Source of the DNA: Octopus sinensis
Taxonomy: Eukaryota
Reading direction: 5' to 3'
DNA: 64,000 bases
Assembly: GCF_006345805.1 (NCBI RefSeq)
Contig: NC_043013.1
Location: 49,972,001 to 50,036,000, forward strand
Shown: positions 12,886-25,540 of the stretch, piece by piece
Layout of the letters: every line of letters starts with the position of its first letter
Numbering within the stretch: the stretch's first letter is position 1
Made by a program: the position numbers and the translations under genes
The notes under the pieces: generated by a model
Seen by the model: only the letters and a program-made list of their open reading frames with translations
Databases searched by the model: none
Told to the model about the DNA's origin: nothing

Positions 12886-12890
<5 letters not shown>
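12590..12890. mobile_element. Penelope-type pLTR fragment with internal inverted repeat
   Basis: About 12685-12725 is the reverse complement of about 12845-12887; a related segment recurs inverted at 13260-13330 and at about 27870. Confidence 0.65.
12768..12811 (-). ncRNA. Minimal type I hammerhead ribozyme
   Basis: Minus strand: CCAC-CUGAAGA-AUGUC(AGUAGCA)GACAU-GAAA-CAAUUGUA-GUGG. Intact core, stems I and II, palindromic stem III ACAAUUGU, GUA cleavage triplet. Confidence 0.8.
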
Positions 12891-12945
<55 letters not shown>

Positions 12946-12947
<2 letters not shown>

Positions 12948-13127
12948 TCATCATTTAACGTCCGTTTTCCATGCTAGCATGAGTTGGACAGTTCGACCGG
13001 GGTCTGGGAAGCCATGAAGGCTGCACCAGGCCCCGTCTGATCTGGCAGTGTTTCTACAGCTTGATGCCCTTCCTAATGCCAACCACCCCGTGAGTGTAGT
13101 GAGTGTTTTTTACATGCCACCAGCATG
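12946..13127 (-). mobile_element. RTE 3'-tail copy
   Basis: (CAT)n-ttaacgtccgttttccatgctagc. Confidence 0.85.
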
Positions 13128-13379
13128 TACTTTGTTGATTTTAGAATAAGGTTTTTATAGTATATGTTTTCTATATGGTGTGAATAACATCTTTCATTAT
13201 TGAATTGTTTAATAGAGGTTTTTCTCTAAACTATATACATATATTATATATTGTGAAATTTGATATAGAATTGCTAAATTGAATTTTTCCCTGTATGTTT
13301 GGAATTATATTCCCTACTATTATTAATAATAATATTACTTTTTATATTTATAACTAACGTTTGTCGATTGTATTTAACT

Positions 13380-14770
13380 CTCAATTTCGTTAGTTATGGA
13401 ACTTACAGGTAAGATAGAACCACTATTTTGAAATTCATCTTCGACGGATATTCCTATACCATCTAGAAAAGAATATATTTTGAAACTCATTAATAATATT
13501 AAAGATTTTATTAATAGGATTAAATGGAAAGCTACTACAATAATTATAACATATTTAATTTTAACAATGTAGACAATACTAATTATATCAATGCAAAATT
13601 TAAATCTAGAAAGGAACCCCTGTATAATAGGGATATACAGATTTTAGAGGATAATATTTGGAAGGTGGTGAAAAATATTAAATTTCATAAATATCCAAAT
13701 AGGCACAATGAATATTTAAATCTAGCTATTAGAATAAAAAGAAATCCGAAATATGGAAGGAATTATAGTACAATCAGATAAAACTAGGAACCTGTATAAA
13801 CTAGATGTTAAATCATATGATAACCTATTAGAGAAATAAATAAATAAAAAGTATAGAATTGTTCCAGAAAATACTCTTTATAATATAAATAAATCCTCTA
13901 AATTAATCATGATGAAATATAAGTTATACAATAAAACCGAACCTTATGTACCTATGCACCCTAGAATTACTTTAAAAGACCATAAGCATGATTTTTATTC
14001 TGACCCAAAAGTTAGACTTATGTGTCCATGTAAATCAGATCTAGGTAAATTAAGTAAGATCATTTTAGATAAATATATTAATAGATTAAATGAAATTAAT
14101 TACTTTAAACTTTGGACTAGTACTAATGATACTTTATAATGGTTTAATAATACTAAAGATAAAAATGGATATAAATTTATTAAAATAGATATAGATAATT
14201 ATTATTCTTCTGTTAATGAGATCGTAGTCAATAAGGCCCTAATTTATGCAATAAATAAGGTTGGAATGACATATAATGAAGTTAATGTAGTTAAAGCAGC
14301 TAGGAAATCGTTGATTAGATATAATAATAAATTGTTGGCTAGGAAGGATACTAGGGACTATTATTTTGATATACTTATGGGGGCAGCCGATTCTGCACAG
14401 GCAACTGATTTAGTAGGTATTTATTTATTTATTATCGGAAGTTCAATTAGAAAAATTAAATTTGGTGGGTGGTTTATATAGGGATGACCTTTTATTAATA
14501 ACTAAGAATTGCACTAATAAAACACTAGAATTATATAAGAAGAAACTATAGTTTTTTTTAAAAGATATGGATTAGGTATTACTACATATAATGAGAACTA
14601 TAATGTTAATTGTTTAGATGCTAATTTTAATTTAATAACAGGTAAAACCCAACCATTCCATAAAATTAATGAAAACCTTAGATATTTTAATGCTAATAGT
14701 AATCACCCACCCTCAGTTAAGAAATTGTTGATAGATAACATAGGAAAAAGAATTTCAGCACTTTCTTCAA
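13380..14770 (+). mobile_element. Penelope-like element B copy 1 (RT, defective)
   Basis: DIPIPSRKEY..RIKWKA, SDKTRNLYKL, RITLKDHK..PKVRLMCPCKSDLGKLSK, KIDIDNYY, FDILMG, NSNHPPS; frameshifts and stops. Confidence 0.88.
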
Positions 14771-15129
14771 TATTTCAAGCCTTGAATTTGTCTTCCATAT
14801 GACTTCTCACCGCATGGGAATCTATCAGTACACCACCCTCTTTTTCCACTTTCCACTTTTTTGCTACACCTTGGCCTAAATCAGTAATGAGCATGATGAA
14901 TTTTCATACCATAAGAAATTTTTCTTGTATGAAAATGTTGAAGAAATTATGTTCTTTTCTAAATGAAAATTAATGATAAAATTTTCACTTCTTTATTTTG
15001 TGACAGTTATCTGACTGACCTATCCCCATCGAGTTCATCTACATGAGTTTATGAATTTCAACTCAACTGGGATTATAGTGCTAGAAGTGCATTGAACTAG
15101 GTTGAGGGCTTCTGTTCAGCAATCAAAAA

Positions 15130-15550
15130 AAAAAAAAATATGGGATATACTTTGTGAATGGTTTGCAAGGAACTGGCCCGCTGAAGAGCGGCCCAGGTTC
15201 CAGTTGTCTGTTATGGCAAGGCTTCTATGGCTGGAGGCCCTTCCTAATATGCCAACCACTTTACAAAGTGTACTGGGTGCTTTTATGCAGCACTGGCACA
15301 AGTGCTTTATACATGGCACCAGCACCCACAGTCCTGCAAAATTAGGGTCACTCAGCTGAAGAGGGTTGTAGGAGACGTTCCTGTATGCAAGGACAACCAT
15401 GATTTTACTTAGCTTGATATGCATAGCAAATCACTAGCAGTCTTGGTCCCTTGTCATTCCCTCTGTCTGAAGATCCTTTCTCACCATTTCATCCCACATC
15501 TTCCTGGGTCTACCTCTTCCTCAAGTTCCTCCCACAATCAGAGATCAACA
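15130..15550 (-). mobile_element. Diverged RTE 3' end
   Basis: Reverse complement of about 15480-15530 encodes GRGRPRK-W-E-V-KDL; tail motif ggcccttcctaat. Confidence 0.55.
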
Positions 15551-15657
15551 CTTGGATACTTGCATATTAATCTAAACTAATACTATTTTTGCCTCTTTCT
15601 TTGAACAATATATCTTCTAAATTTTAATTTTAAATTTCTTGTTAATTTTTTTTCCAG

Positions 15658-15918
15658 TACCATTAGAAATGGAAGAGCCACCATCATCCCTTAAAGGGAA
15701 GAAAAGGATGTGGCTGAAACAAGAGATTGTAAACCTCTTAAAGCAACATCCACAAGGTATAGAAAAAGTTCATTTTTGGGATTTTATTAACCACAACATT
15801 AAAGGGATTGGACCAAAAAACAAATATGGTGTGAAGAGCATGAATGAATTATTTGAATATTATGATAACCTTGAAATTGTGTCAACAAATAATATTTCAT
15901 ATGTGAAGTTAAAAGCAG
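15658..15918 (+). CDS. Exon A: LOTUS/OST-HTH-like domain 1 (LKQEIVNLLKQHPQGI...KYGVKSMNELF)
   Basis: Acceptor ttttccag at 15657, donor GCAG|GTTTGT; 261 nt, phase 1-1; in-frame ATG at 15669. Confidence 0.8.
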
Positions 15919-15946
15919 GTTTGTAAATATTTGTTTCTTTTTATAT

Positions 15947-16372
15947 ATCATCATCATCATCATCATCACTTAACGTCCGCTTTCCATGCTAGCATGGGTT
16001 GGACTGTTCAACTGGGGTCTGGGAAGCCAGGAGGCTGCACCAGGCTCCAGTCTGATCTGGCAGTGTTTCTACGGCTGGATGCCCTTCCTAACGCCAACCA
16101 CTCCGTAAGTGTAGTGGGTGCTTTTTATGTGTCACTGGCACAGGTGCCAGGCGAGGCTGGCAACAGCCATAATCGGATGGTGCATTTTACGTGCCACTGG
16201 CTCAGGGGCCAGGCGAGGCTGGCAACGGCCATGATCGGATGGTGCTTTTTACGTGCTACCGGCACGGAGGCCCGTCGGGGCGGCACTGGCAACGGCCACG
16301 TTCGGATGGTTCTCTTACGTGCCACTGGCACTGGTATCACAGCTACAATTTCCATTGATGTTGATCTTATAA
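15947..16372 (-). mobile_element. RTE 3'-tail copy
   Basis: (CAT)n-ttaacgtccgctttccatgctagc. Confidence 0.88.
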
Positions 16373-16639
16373 ATATGTGTGTAAGCACACAGATGTACAC
16401 ATATATATACATACATGAAGGTTACTAACTCGATTTCGATTAGAGCCATTGCCTGACTTCTTTATGTCCTAGAATATCATAGATGAGCTGAACGAATATA
16501 GCTTTTGAGGCCTGCCAAAGACTTGCATGCTTTTTGACAATTAATGCAAGAAAACAGAGTCAAAAGCCTTAGTAAGATCACTGAATACCTGATAAAATCC
16601 TATTTGTTGTTCCACACACTTTTCCTGTAACTACCGTGC

Positions 16640-17480
16640 AGAGATCATGATGTCAACAGTAACCCTACCATTTCTGAATCCGCTCTGTGAAGAATCTCAT
16701 TAACCACATAGATCTGCAGCCGCTCCAACATTATATGTGATAAAACTCTTCCGGGTGTAGCAAGCAGGCAAATACCACAAAAGTTATTGCATTCATCTTT
16801 TTGTCCCTTACGCTTGAACACAACTCCCATGACTGCATCCTTCCAATCTTTTGGCATAACTTCATTTTCCCATATCTTCTGCATTGTTTCTGTCAGCATT
16901 TCCATCAAGTAGTACCATTCCGACTATCAGCTCCCAGTGCTTTATAATTGTCCAGCTTTGATATTGCTTTTATTGCTTCCTCCACTGACAGAGTGTCCTC
17001 TAAGCGTTCAATTAATGCATTCTGTGGAATCATATCAACACTTTTTTCATCAACAACTGATGGTCGATTCAGAAGTTCATTGAAATGTTCCTCCCATTGT
17101 TTTAAGATGTCTTTGGGCTCCCTCAATAAAAAAACATTCCTATTCTTCACATGAACCAAAGTAGGACATGATGGCCCATACACCTCTTGAAGGAAAATAT
17201 ATAATGACTTAGTGTTCTTAACATTGGAATCAGCCTCTATCTCTTCTTTCTTCCGCAACCAAGTTTCCTGCATGTTTCGAATCTTTGCTTTTACCTCTTT
17301 GGAAAAAGCTCTATTTTGGTCAGAATCATATGCGAGTAACAAATGCAATGCCTTTTGTTTTCCTTCCAACAAATGTGGAATATTTCCATCACTTTCATCA
17401 AACCAATCTTGATGTTTCTTTTCCTTGACTCCTAAAACTTCTTTACTTAGATTGTATAGTTGTCCTCTGAACTCCATCCA
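16640..17480 (-). mobile_element. RTE (BovB-like) RT fragment
   Basis: KKHQDWFDESD, ILKQWEEHFNELLN, WKDA...FKRKGQKDECNNFCGICLL...RVLSHI. Confidence 0.85.
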
Positions 17481-17599
17481 CTCATTTATCCAGTCTGAAT
17501 TTTCGTTTATCTACACTGTTTTATCCTTAAGGAGATTCACATGCAGAAGTTTATGATAATGAAATGAAATAATTATAATTTGCACTGAAAAAGAGGTTT

Positions 17600-17630
17600 T
17601 AGATGTGTGCTAGACTTATATATATATATA

Positions 17631-17713
<83 letters not shown>

Positions 17714-17959
17714 CCCTCTCTCTCTTTCGGAGAGGCACTGAGCAGCTATACGCACACATACACACACGGCAGTAACTCCCGCCTACCGAATTCAATCACA
17801 AAGCTCCGGTCGGCTCGGGGCTATAGTGGAAGACACCTACCCAAAGTGCCACGCAGTTGGATTGAACCCGAAACCACGTAGCTAAGAATATATATATATA
17901 TATATAATATATATATATGTGCATATATATATATATATGTGCATATATATATATATACG

Positions 17960-17991
<32 letters not shown>

Positions 17992-17992
17992 C

Positions 17993-18029
<37 letters not shown>

Positions 18030-18036
18030 TATGTGC

Positions 18037-18077
<41 letters not shown>

Positions 18078-18163
18078 TGTATGTATACATATGTATGTAT
18101 GTATGTATATGTATGTATGTATGTATATATGTATGTATGTATATATATATATATGTATGTATA

Positions 18164-18201
<38 letters not shown>

Positions 18202-18270
18202 CTTTCATATATATATATACACACATATACACATATGTATGCATATGTATATATATATATATATATATAT
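17600..18270. repeat. (AT)n microsatellites around a partial family 1 SINE (17750-17886, minus)
   Basis: Direct inspection. Confidence 0.9.
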
Positions 18271-19352
18271 CTAAGGTTTTCATTAATTTTATGGAATGGT
18301 TGGGTTTTACCTGTTATTAAATTAAAATTAGCATCTAAATAATTAACATTATAGTTCTCTTTATCAATAATAATTCTTAATGCATGTCTTTTAAAAAAAA
18401 CTATATAGTTTCTTCTTATATAATTCTAGTGTTCTATTGATGCAATTCTTAGTTATTAATAAAAGGTCATCCCTATATAAACCACCCTCCAACTTTAATT
18501 TTTCTAATTGAACTTCCGATAATAAATAAATACCTACTAAATCAGTTGCTTGTGCAGAATCGGGTGCCCCCATAGGTATATCAAAATAATAGTCCCTAGT
18601 ATCCTTCCAAGCCAACAATTTACTATTATATGTAATCAACGATTTCCTAGCTGCTTTAACTACATTAACTTCATTATATGTCATTCCAACCTTATTCATT
18701 GCATAAATTAGGGCCTTGTTTAGTACAGTCTCATTTATAGAAGAATAATAATTATCTATATCTATTTGAATGAATTTATATCTATTTTTATCTTTAATAT
18801 TATTAAACCATTATAAAGTATCATTAGTACTAGTCCAAAGTTTAAAGTAATTAATTTCATTTAATCTATTAATATATTTATCTAAAATGATCTTACTTAA
18901 TTTACCTAGATCTGATTTACAAGGACAAATAAGTCTAACTTTTGGGTCAGAATAAAAATTATGCTTATGGTCTTTTAAAGTAATTCTAGGGTGCATAGGT
19001 ACATAAGGTTCAGTTTTATTGTATAACTTATATTTCATCATGATTAATTTAGAGGATTTATTTATATTATAAAGAGTATTTTCTGGAGCAATTTTATACT
19101 TTTTATTTATTTATTTCTCTAATAGGTTATCATATAATTTAACATCTAGTTTATACAGGTGGTTCCTAGTTTTATCTGATTGTACTATAATTCCTTCTAT
19201 ATTTCACATTTCTTTTATTCTAATAGCTAGATTTCTTAAATATTCATTGTGCTTATTTGGGTATTTATGAAATTTAATATTTTTCACCACCTTCCAAACC
19301 TGTATATCCCTATTATAGGTGGGTTCCTTTCTAGATTTAAATTTTGTATTGA
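18270..19352 (-). mobile_element. Penelope-like element B copy 2, inverted relative to copy 1
   Basis: ORFs 18811-19041 and 18391-18699 nearly match 13909-14139 and 14266-14481; GGLYRDD catalytic motif present. Confidence 0.9.
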
Positions 19353-19799
19353 TCAGGTGGAAGCCTTGGAAATTTTACCCACTCCCAACATTTTACTGAA
19401 ATAAATTTTCCAGGGTGTGAATCACTTGACTGATAGTACCCTAGGAGGGGTTAGGTCTAGATCAGGATTAGTCGCTGCTTTTCAGAGGCTTCTGAGCCCC
19501 CTTTCACTAGGTTAGCTTAGGCTTATGTTAAGGCTTAGTTGTGATCCAAACATAATCTCTTCTGGCACAGAGGACTGGCAGCCCTTTTGGGAGTTCTATT
19601 TTCCTTGCTGAAAGGGCTCGAAACCCATGGGCCAAGTGGGGTTAGATGATAGGGGTGGTGGTTTTGAAAGGGCCAGCATGTGCAATCTGCCTGTCAAACT
19701 CCAAACTCTTGCATTCCTGTCGCAACACTGATTCTACAGAACTGGGTTGGGTGTGAAAGCCAACTTTAAAGTACAAATATAGATTTTTGGAATCAGCAG

Positions 19800-20224
19800 T
19801 GTTGTGTTCGGTTAAGTCCTATTTGGGGTGAAAAATCAATAAACTGATTCTTTTTGGTATTTTCCATTCACTCAGGATGAAAAATTGATAAACTGATTCC
19901 TTATAGGATTTCTCACTAAAATTGGCTACACCCCATTTTCAACCATAACTTTTACTAATTTTGATGTATATTCTTCAAACTTGATGCCGGCGTTACTTAG
20001 GACTCATGGGATCTATGAATGCTTTAACTTCTCAGAAAAAAAAAAATCGTTATGGGATTTACCAATCAAATTATCTGCAATCCGTTTTCAGCCAAAAGTT
20101 TACCAATTTCAACGGATTTCGCTCAAATTTGACATCAGTGTTACTTAGTTTGGTTTGAAACAAAGCACTTGATTAGCTTAATAATTCTAACTTAATCCTG
20201 GGCAACACTGGGCTATACTGCTAG
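19800..20224 (+). mobile_element. Helitron-like 3' end
   Basis: CCTGG-gcaaca-CTGGG (CpG-decayed form of the 5675 hairpin) then CTAG at 20221-20224. Confidence 0.5.
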
Positions 20225-20269
20225 TGTGTGTGTGTGTATATATATATACATAAATGGGGTTAAATGCAG

Positions 20270-21630
20270 GTGTTATTCAAATTCTTTTACTTCCACCACA
20301 TGTTTCAAAGACAGCATTGGTATTATTCCAAAGGAATAAAATTGTGAAAAACAATGTAATCTTCTCTTCAGGGAAATAAAGAAATAAAACAAACTCATCA
20401 ATAAGACATTTTAACAGAATATGATGTATATGTATAATGATGAACGGAATGCTATTAAGTTTTTTTTTGAAAAACGTTAGCGGATATAACGTCAATGGTA
20501 GCCTATAGAAAGAGGAGGGGTAAAGGAAAGAAGTAAACAGAAACCAAATAAATGAGAAATATAGAACTGTATGTGAATTAAATAAAAGCCTAAAGTCTTG
20601 GAAAAAGTTATATCTAGTGGAAGTGAAATGTAAGAAGAAAATCAATGTTCAAATTATATATAATGATTGATGTCACTTATATGAACTAAAGGTATGTTTC
20701 TGCCAATGTTTACATTGATAAACACGCTCTATAACCGTGTTTACAAGGGGATTCTTAGAAAAAAGAATAAAAAATAGTTCAAAATGACAGAGTTGACAAA
20801 ATTCTTTGCCTTTATCTTATGGGAATGAAATGGAAAGAATCAACCAATCTAAATTAATTGTTTGTTATGGTCTTTTAGATACCAAATTAATTTACTAAGC
20901 CCTGTACTGTTACGTTTATTATTATCCTTAAATGTAGAGTAATGATTAGAAATTCTTTTAGATAACTGAGAAGAACTATCTGTATAAAAAAGACATCGGT
21001 ACCTGAAGTAATTTTTCAATGATATATAGAGTTCCTGATCTTAGAATTACTAGACATAAACTTAATTCTGTTGGAATTAACTTTAGAGACAATAACCCTG
21101 TTATTAATATTTCTAGTGGGATGGTTGTTATCAGCTAAATTAATGTTAGTATTAGTTAATGGATTCCTATTTAACAGACTAATATTATGTGAGGAGATAA
21201 TTTGTAAGAGATTTTTTGTGTTAGAAAAACCAATCCTAACTGTGTGCGAGTTGATAATAGAGTAATACCTAGAATTCTATGGAAAATTCCTAATAATAGC
21301 TTCCTGAAACTGGAAAGGAAGATTAGATTTAATCTGCCTCCCATAAGGAATAATCAACCAAAGTGTTTTGCTATTAGCTGCCTTAGTTTTAGTGTAACTA
21401 ACTTTAAAAGACATTGATTTATCTTTAGAATGAAAAAAGAGGTTTAAATAATGGTTGTCTCCCTTCCTGTGTTTGCTGTTGGCGTATAAATTAAAATTGA
21501 TATCGTTTATATCCTTACAACTAGATTTCATGTCTCCATTACTAAAGGTAGAATAAGATTGAATGGAATTAGTGTAAGTAACTTTATCCGTATAACCTGC
21601 TTTAAGTAAGGCAGTTGTACTCAAGTGTCA
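20270..21630 (-). mobile_element. Penelope-like element C: RT C-terminus + GIY-YIG, degenerate
   Basis: LLKAGY..., LWLIIPYGRQIKSN, KISY; then KRISNHYSTF..NSTGLSKLIW.LKD...FCQLC...CKH. Confidence 0.7.
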
Positions 21631-21639
21631 AATCAATAT

Positions 21640-22797
21640 CTATAAAGCTGAAATGCAAAAAAATTTGTTTGTCTCATTTTCGGATGGGAACGGTTTAAGG
21701 GGCACTAGATGGGGTCAGATTGGCTCCAAAATTTACAGGGACATGTAAAAGGAGGCGAGGAAGTGGTGGACTAGGTTAGAAACCCCTATCTCAAAAGCTG
21801 TGGTTACTAGGGCAACAAAACCCACACTTTGACAAGTGTTTGTCGTTTCTCTTTCGCATATCACCCTGTCTTCCATCTCTCTCTTTCCTTCCTTCCCTCA
21901 ACTTTCTTTCTATAACAACGCTTGACAGCTTCATCGTCTCTCTGTCACTCTTTCTTCCATCACCTCTCTCACTGTACGTCTGTCTGTATCTATAGATAGA
22001 AAGCATTGACAGCTGCAAAAATTTTAATTTCCCGCCACGGGTCCTTTAGAACGGTGAATTATTACATTGATACAAATTGGATTTTTATGTGAAAAGGAGT
22101 CTAAATGGGGCTGGAAAGGTTTTAAAATTTACAGGAGGGGGTGTTTAGGAATTCTCTGTTACATCAAGCTAAAAAATTTGCAACAGCCTTTAAATCGTCA
22201 ATATGTTGCCGTCTGTCATGAAGAAATTTTGAATGCCTGCCATGGTGAGTCTCCTGTCGCAAGAAAGAATCACTTCAAAACTTGGTGTTTAGGAATTTTC
22301 TTTTACATCAAGTTCAAAATTTTAACCCTGTTAAACTGCCAGTACATTGCTGTCCGTCGTTAAGATGTTTTGAATGCCAGCCATGGTGAGTCTACTATCC
22401 TTAGATTCTATCCCTTCAAACTTTGGTTTCCAATATTTTTTTATTTTTATTCAGCTCACAAGTTCGTCTGCCCCTTTTAAATGTTAGTGTTTTGCTGTTT
22501 GCCTTGAAGCAGACCTTTCCGTTGTCACTGCCTAATATTTATGATTGATCTTTCAAACTACTTTCTTTCTCAACTTACTCAAGATCTTTTGTTGTTTATA
22601 AATGGGAGAGAGATAGATAAAGATAGAGAGTAAGAGAAAGCGAGGGAGAGTCCAAGAGAAAGGAAGAGTAAGAGAGTGGGAAAGTGAGAGAGAAAGGAGA
22701 GAGAAATAAAGAGGGAGAATGTGGCGATAAGAAACAGAAAGGAAGCAACAGAAAGCAACAACCACACCCGCGCATAGAGCTGGTCACCTTAAGCTAG
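21640..22797 (+). mobile_element. Non-autonomous Helitron-like element
   Basis: 5' tctataaagctgaaatg..tttgtttgtc; 3' decayed cccgcgcatagagctgg hairpin then CTAG at 22794-22797. Confidence 0.4.
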
Positions 22798-23184
22798 TAA
22801 AGTATAAAAGTGATATTGTCTGCAAAAATTAGAAATAGGACACAAAATATCAATGTTCAAAGTAATCGAACATAAACAATGAAATTTGTTATTTCCCTGG
22901 AGTGTTTAAAAAATATTGTACAGGTGCTATGGGTTATTTCCCTTGGTTGTTAAAAAAAATTAGTCATATAAGGTAGATATAAAGGTCCATTCCAGGGGCT
23001 ATATTATCTATTTTTTCAACAATCTAAGTATATCACAAGGTTTCCAAACATGGGTCTACATAAGACTTATATAAATATATATACACATATACACACACAT
23101 CCATACACACAAATATACATATATATGCATATATATACAAATATACATATATATGCATATACACACATACATGTATATATATAT

Positions 23185-23586
23185 TCTTTTACTCTTTATT
23201 CTTTTACTTGTTTCAGTCATTTGACTGTGGCCATGCTGGAGCACCACCTTTAGTCAAGCAAATTGAAACTAGGACTTTTTCTTTGTAAGCCTTAGTACTT
23301 ATTCTATCGGGCTCCTTTTACCGAACTGCTTAGTTATGGGGACATAAACACACCATCATCGGTTCTCAAGCGATGTTGGTGGGGACAAACACAGACACAA
23401 ACATTTACACACACATACATATATACGACAGGCTTCTTTCAGTTTCCGTCTACCAAATCCACTCTCGAGGCTTTGGTTGGCCTGAGGCTATAGTAGAAAG
23501 CACTTGCCCTAGGTGCCATGCAGTGGGACTGAACCTGGAATCATGTGGTTGGTAAGCAAGCTACTTACCACACAGCCACTCCTATG

Positions 23587-23590
<4 letters not shown>
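23185..23590 (-). mobile_element. tRNA-derived SINE family 1
   Basis: Reverse complement of the 40686 copy. Confidence 0.85.
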
Positions 23591-23619
<29 letters not shown>

Positions 23620-23983
23620 CCTAGCATTTCTAGATTTATAGGAAATATTATATTGACAAGGAAATGAACCTTCGGTTCTAATCCAGAAATGATTCGTCTA
23701 TAATTAATCCATAGGCTGGGATTTCGTTATTTTCTTTCTCTTTACCATATACGGATTACAAATTCTGTTTGTTTGTGGAGACTTTTTTATTAGTAGGAGA
23801 AATATTGATCTATTTGGCTGCTATTTCTAATATTTTCGGTATGTGGTTTTGAGCAACTTGTTGCAATTAACCCTTTATTATAATTAATATCATTCTTACC
23901 AAATATGGTCTTTTCCATACCGAAAAATCTACTAGGTGAAATTTATTAATTTTATTAAATTAATTATATTTCACCCTTTTTTG

Positions 23984-24027
<44 letters not shown>

Positions 24028-24501
24028 TATACACCCACATACATATATCGATATATGGTTCCAGTACAGTGAGGGTCTAGTAGATTGTCTGACATTAGTT
24101 GATTTATTACCATTAACTAGACGGATTTGATTTAATCCCGAATGGTTGATGACTACATTCTAGATAAAGTCTTCTAAGTGTAAGTAACTAGGTCACTACT
24201 CTTTTTATCCTGACCCTCACTATTTCCTCTGCTGCTCTCGAAATTATAATAGACTTAACGAGATATGCATTATTTTCTAAACTCATTCTGCCACAGATAT
24301 AACGAAGAAACAATGTAAATATTTTGAGTTCCATTATTGACGTGAATATGTTAAGTAAATGGTTGCATTCTTTATGTTTGAAGTTTATGCGGTCGTCTGA
24401 AGAGAATGGTTTCTTTCAAATGATGTAATGTTTCTTTTAATCAATTGAAGGAGTCACTTGAAACGACTGTAATAAATTGACACTTGTACATCTTTGTTAC
24501 T

Positions 24502-25245
24502 CATCATCATCATCATCGTTTAACGTCCGTTTTCCGCGCTAGCACGGGTTGGACGGTTCGACCGGGGTCTGGGAAGCCAGGGGCTGCACCAGGCTCCAGT
24601 CTGATCTGGCAGAGTTTCTACAGCTAGATGCCCTTCCTAACGCCAACCATTCTGCGAGTGTAGTGGGTGCTTTTTACGTGCCACCTGCACAGGTGCCAGG
24701 GGGGTCCGGCATCGGCCATGATCAGTTGGAGCTTTTAACGTGCCACCGGCACGGAAGCCAATCAAGGCGGCACTGGCATCGGCTGCGTTCGGATGGTGCT
24801 TTTTATGTGCTACCGGCACAGAAGCCAGTCAGGGCGGCGCTGGCATCGGCCACGTTTGGATGGTGCTTTTTATGTGCTACTGGCACAGATGCCAGTTGAG
24901 GCGGTGCTGGCAACGGCCACGTTCGGATGGTGCTTTTTATGTGCTACTGGCACAGAAGCCAGTCGGGGCGGCGCTGGCATCGGCCACGTTTGGATGGTGC
25001 TTTTTATGTGCTACTGGCACAGAAGCCAGTTGAGGCGGCGCTGGCAACGGCCACGTTCGGATGGTGCTTTTTATGTGCCACCGGCATGAAGCCAGTCGGG
25101 GCGGCGCTGGCATCGGCCACGTTTGGATGGTGCTTTTTATGTGCCACCGGCACAGAAGCCAGTCGGGGCGGCGTTGGCATCGGCCACGTTCGGATGGTGC
25201 TTTTTATGTGCTACCGGCACAGGTATCACAACTACTATTTCCATT
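24502..25245 (-). mobile_element. RTE 3'-tail copy with expanded 67-bp tandem array
   Basis: Unit marker ATGGTGC at 24793, 24860, 24927, 24994, 25061, 25127, 25194. Confidence 0.9.
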
Positions 25246-25540
25246 TATAAACACATACACACACAATGCAGAGACATAGACTCACACGCATACTTATACA
25301 CTATTATCATCTAAATATGAACACACTTTAATGACACCAACATCAACTGACGGATTACATTAAATGTCATAAAAGTTTTTGGCAAAGAGACTGATGAAAC
25401 TCTTTGAATTCATTGCCTGCTATTTTCATGGGTTATCTACCAAATGTTAGATTGCATTTCTACAATCTGATTGATTTACTGATAATGATAGTTTTGCTTT
25501 TTATTAATAACATTCAATTGACATATTTTCTTCTTTCCAG

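Noticed and set aside
24726-25220. Possible CRISPR-like array
   Set aside because: Head-to-tail units with no unique spacers, in eukaryotic repeat context with no cas genes.
24549-25314. Overlapping ORFs with repeated MVLF/ATFGWCFL peptides, recurring at 15931, 33051, 55179, 59733, 61999
   Set aside because: Frames of the RTE 3'UTR repeat and its 67-bp unit; no protein-family motifs.
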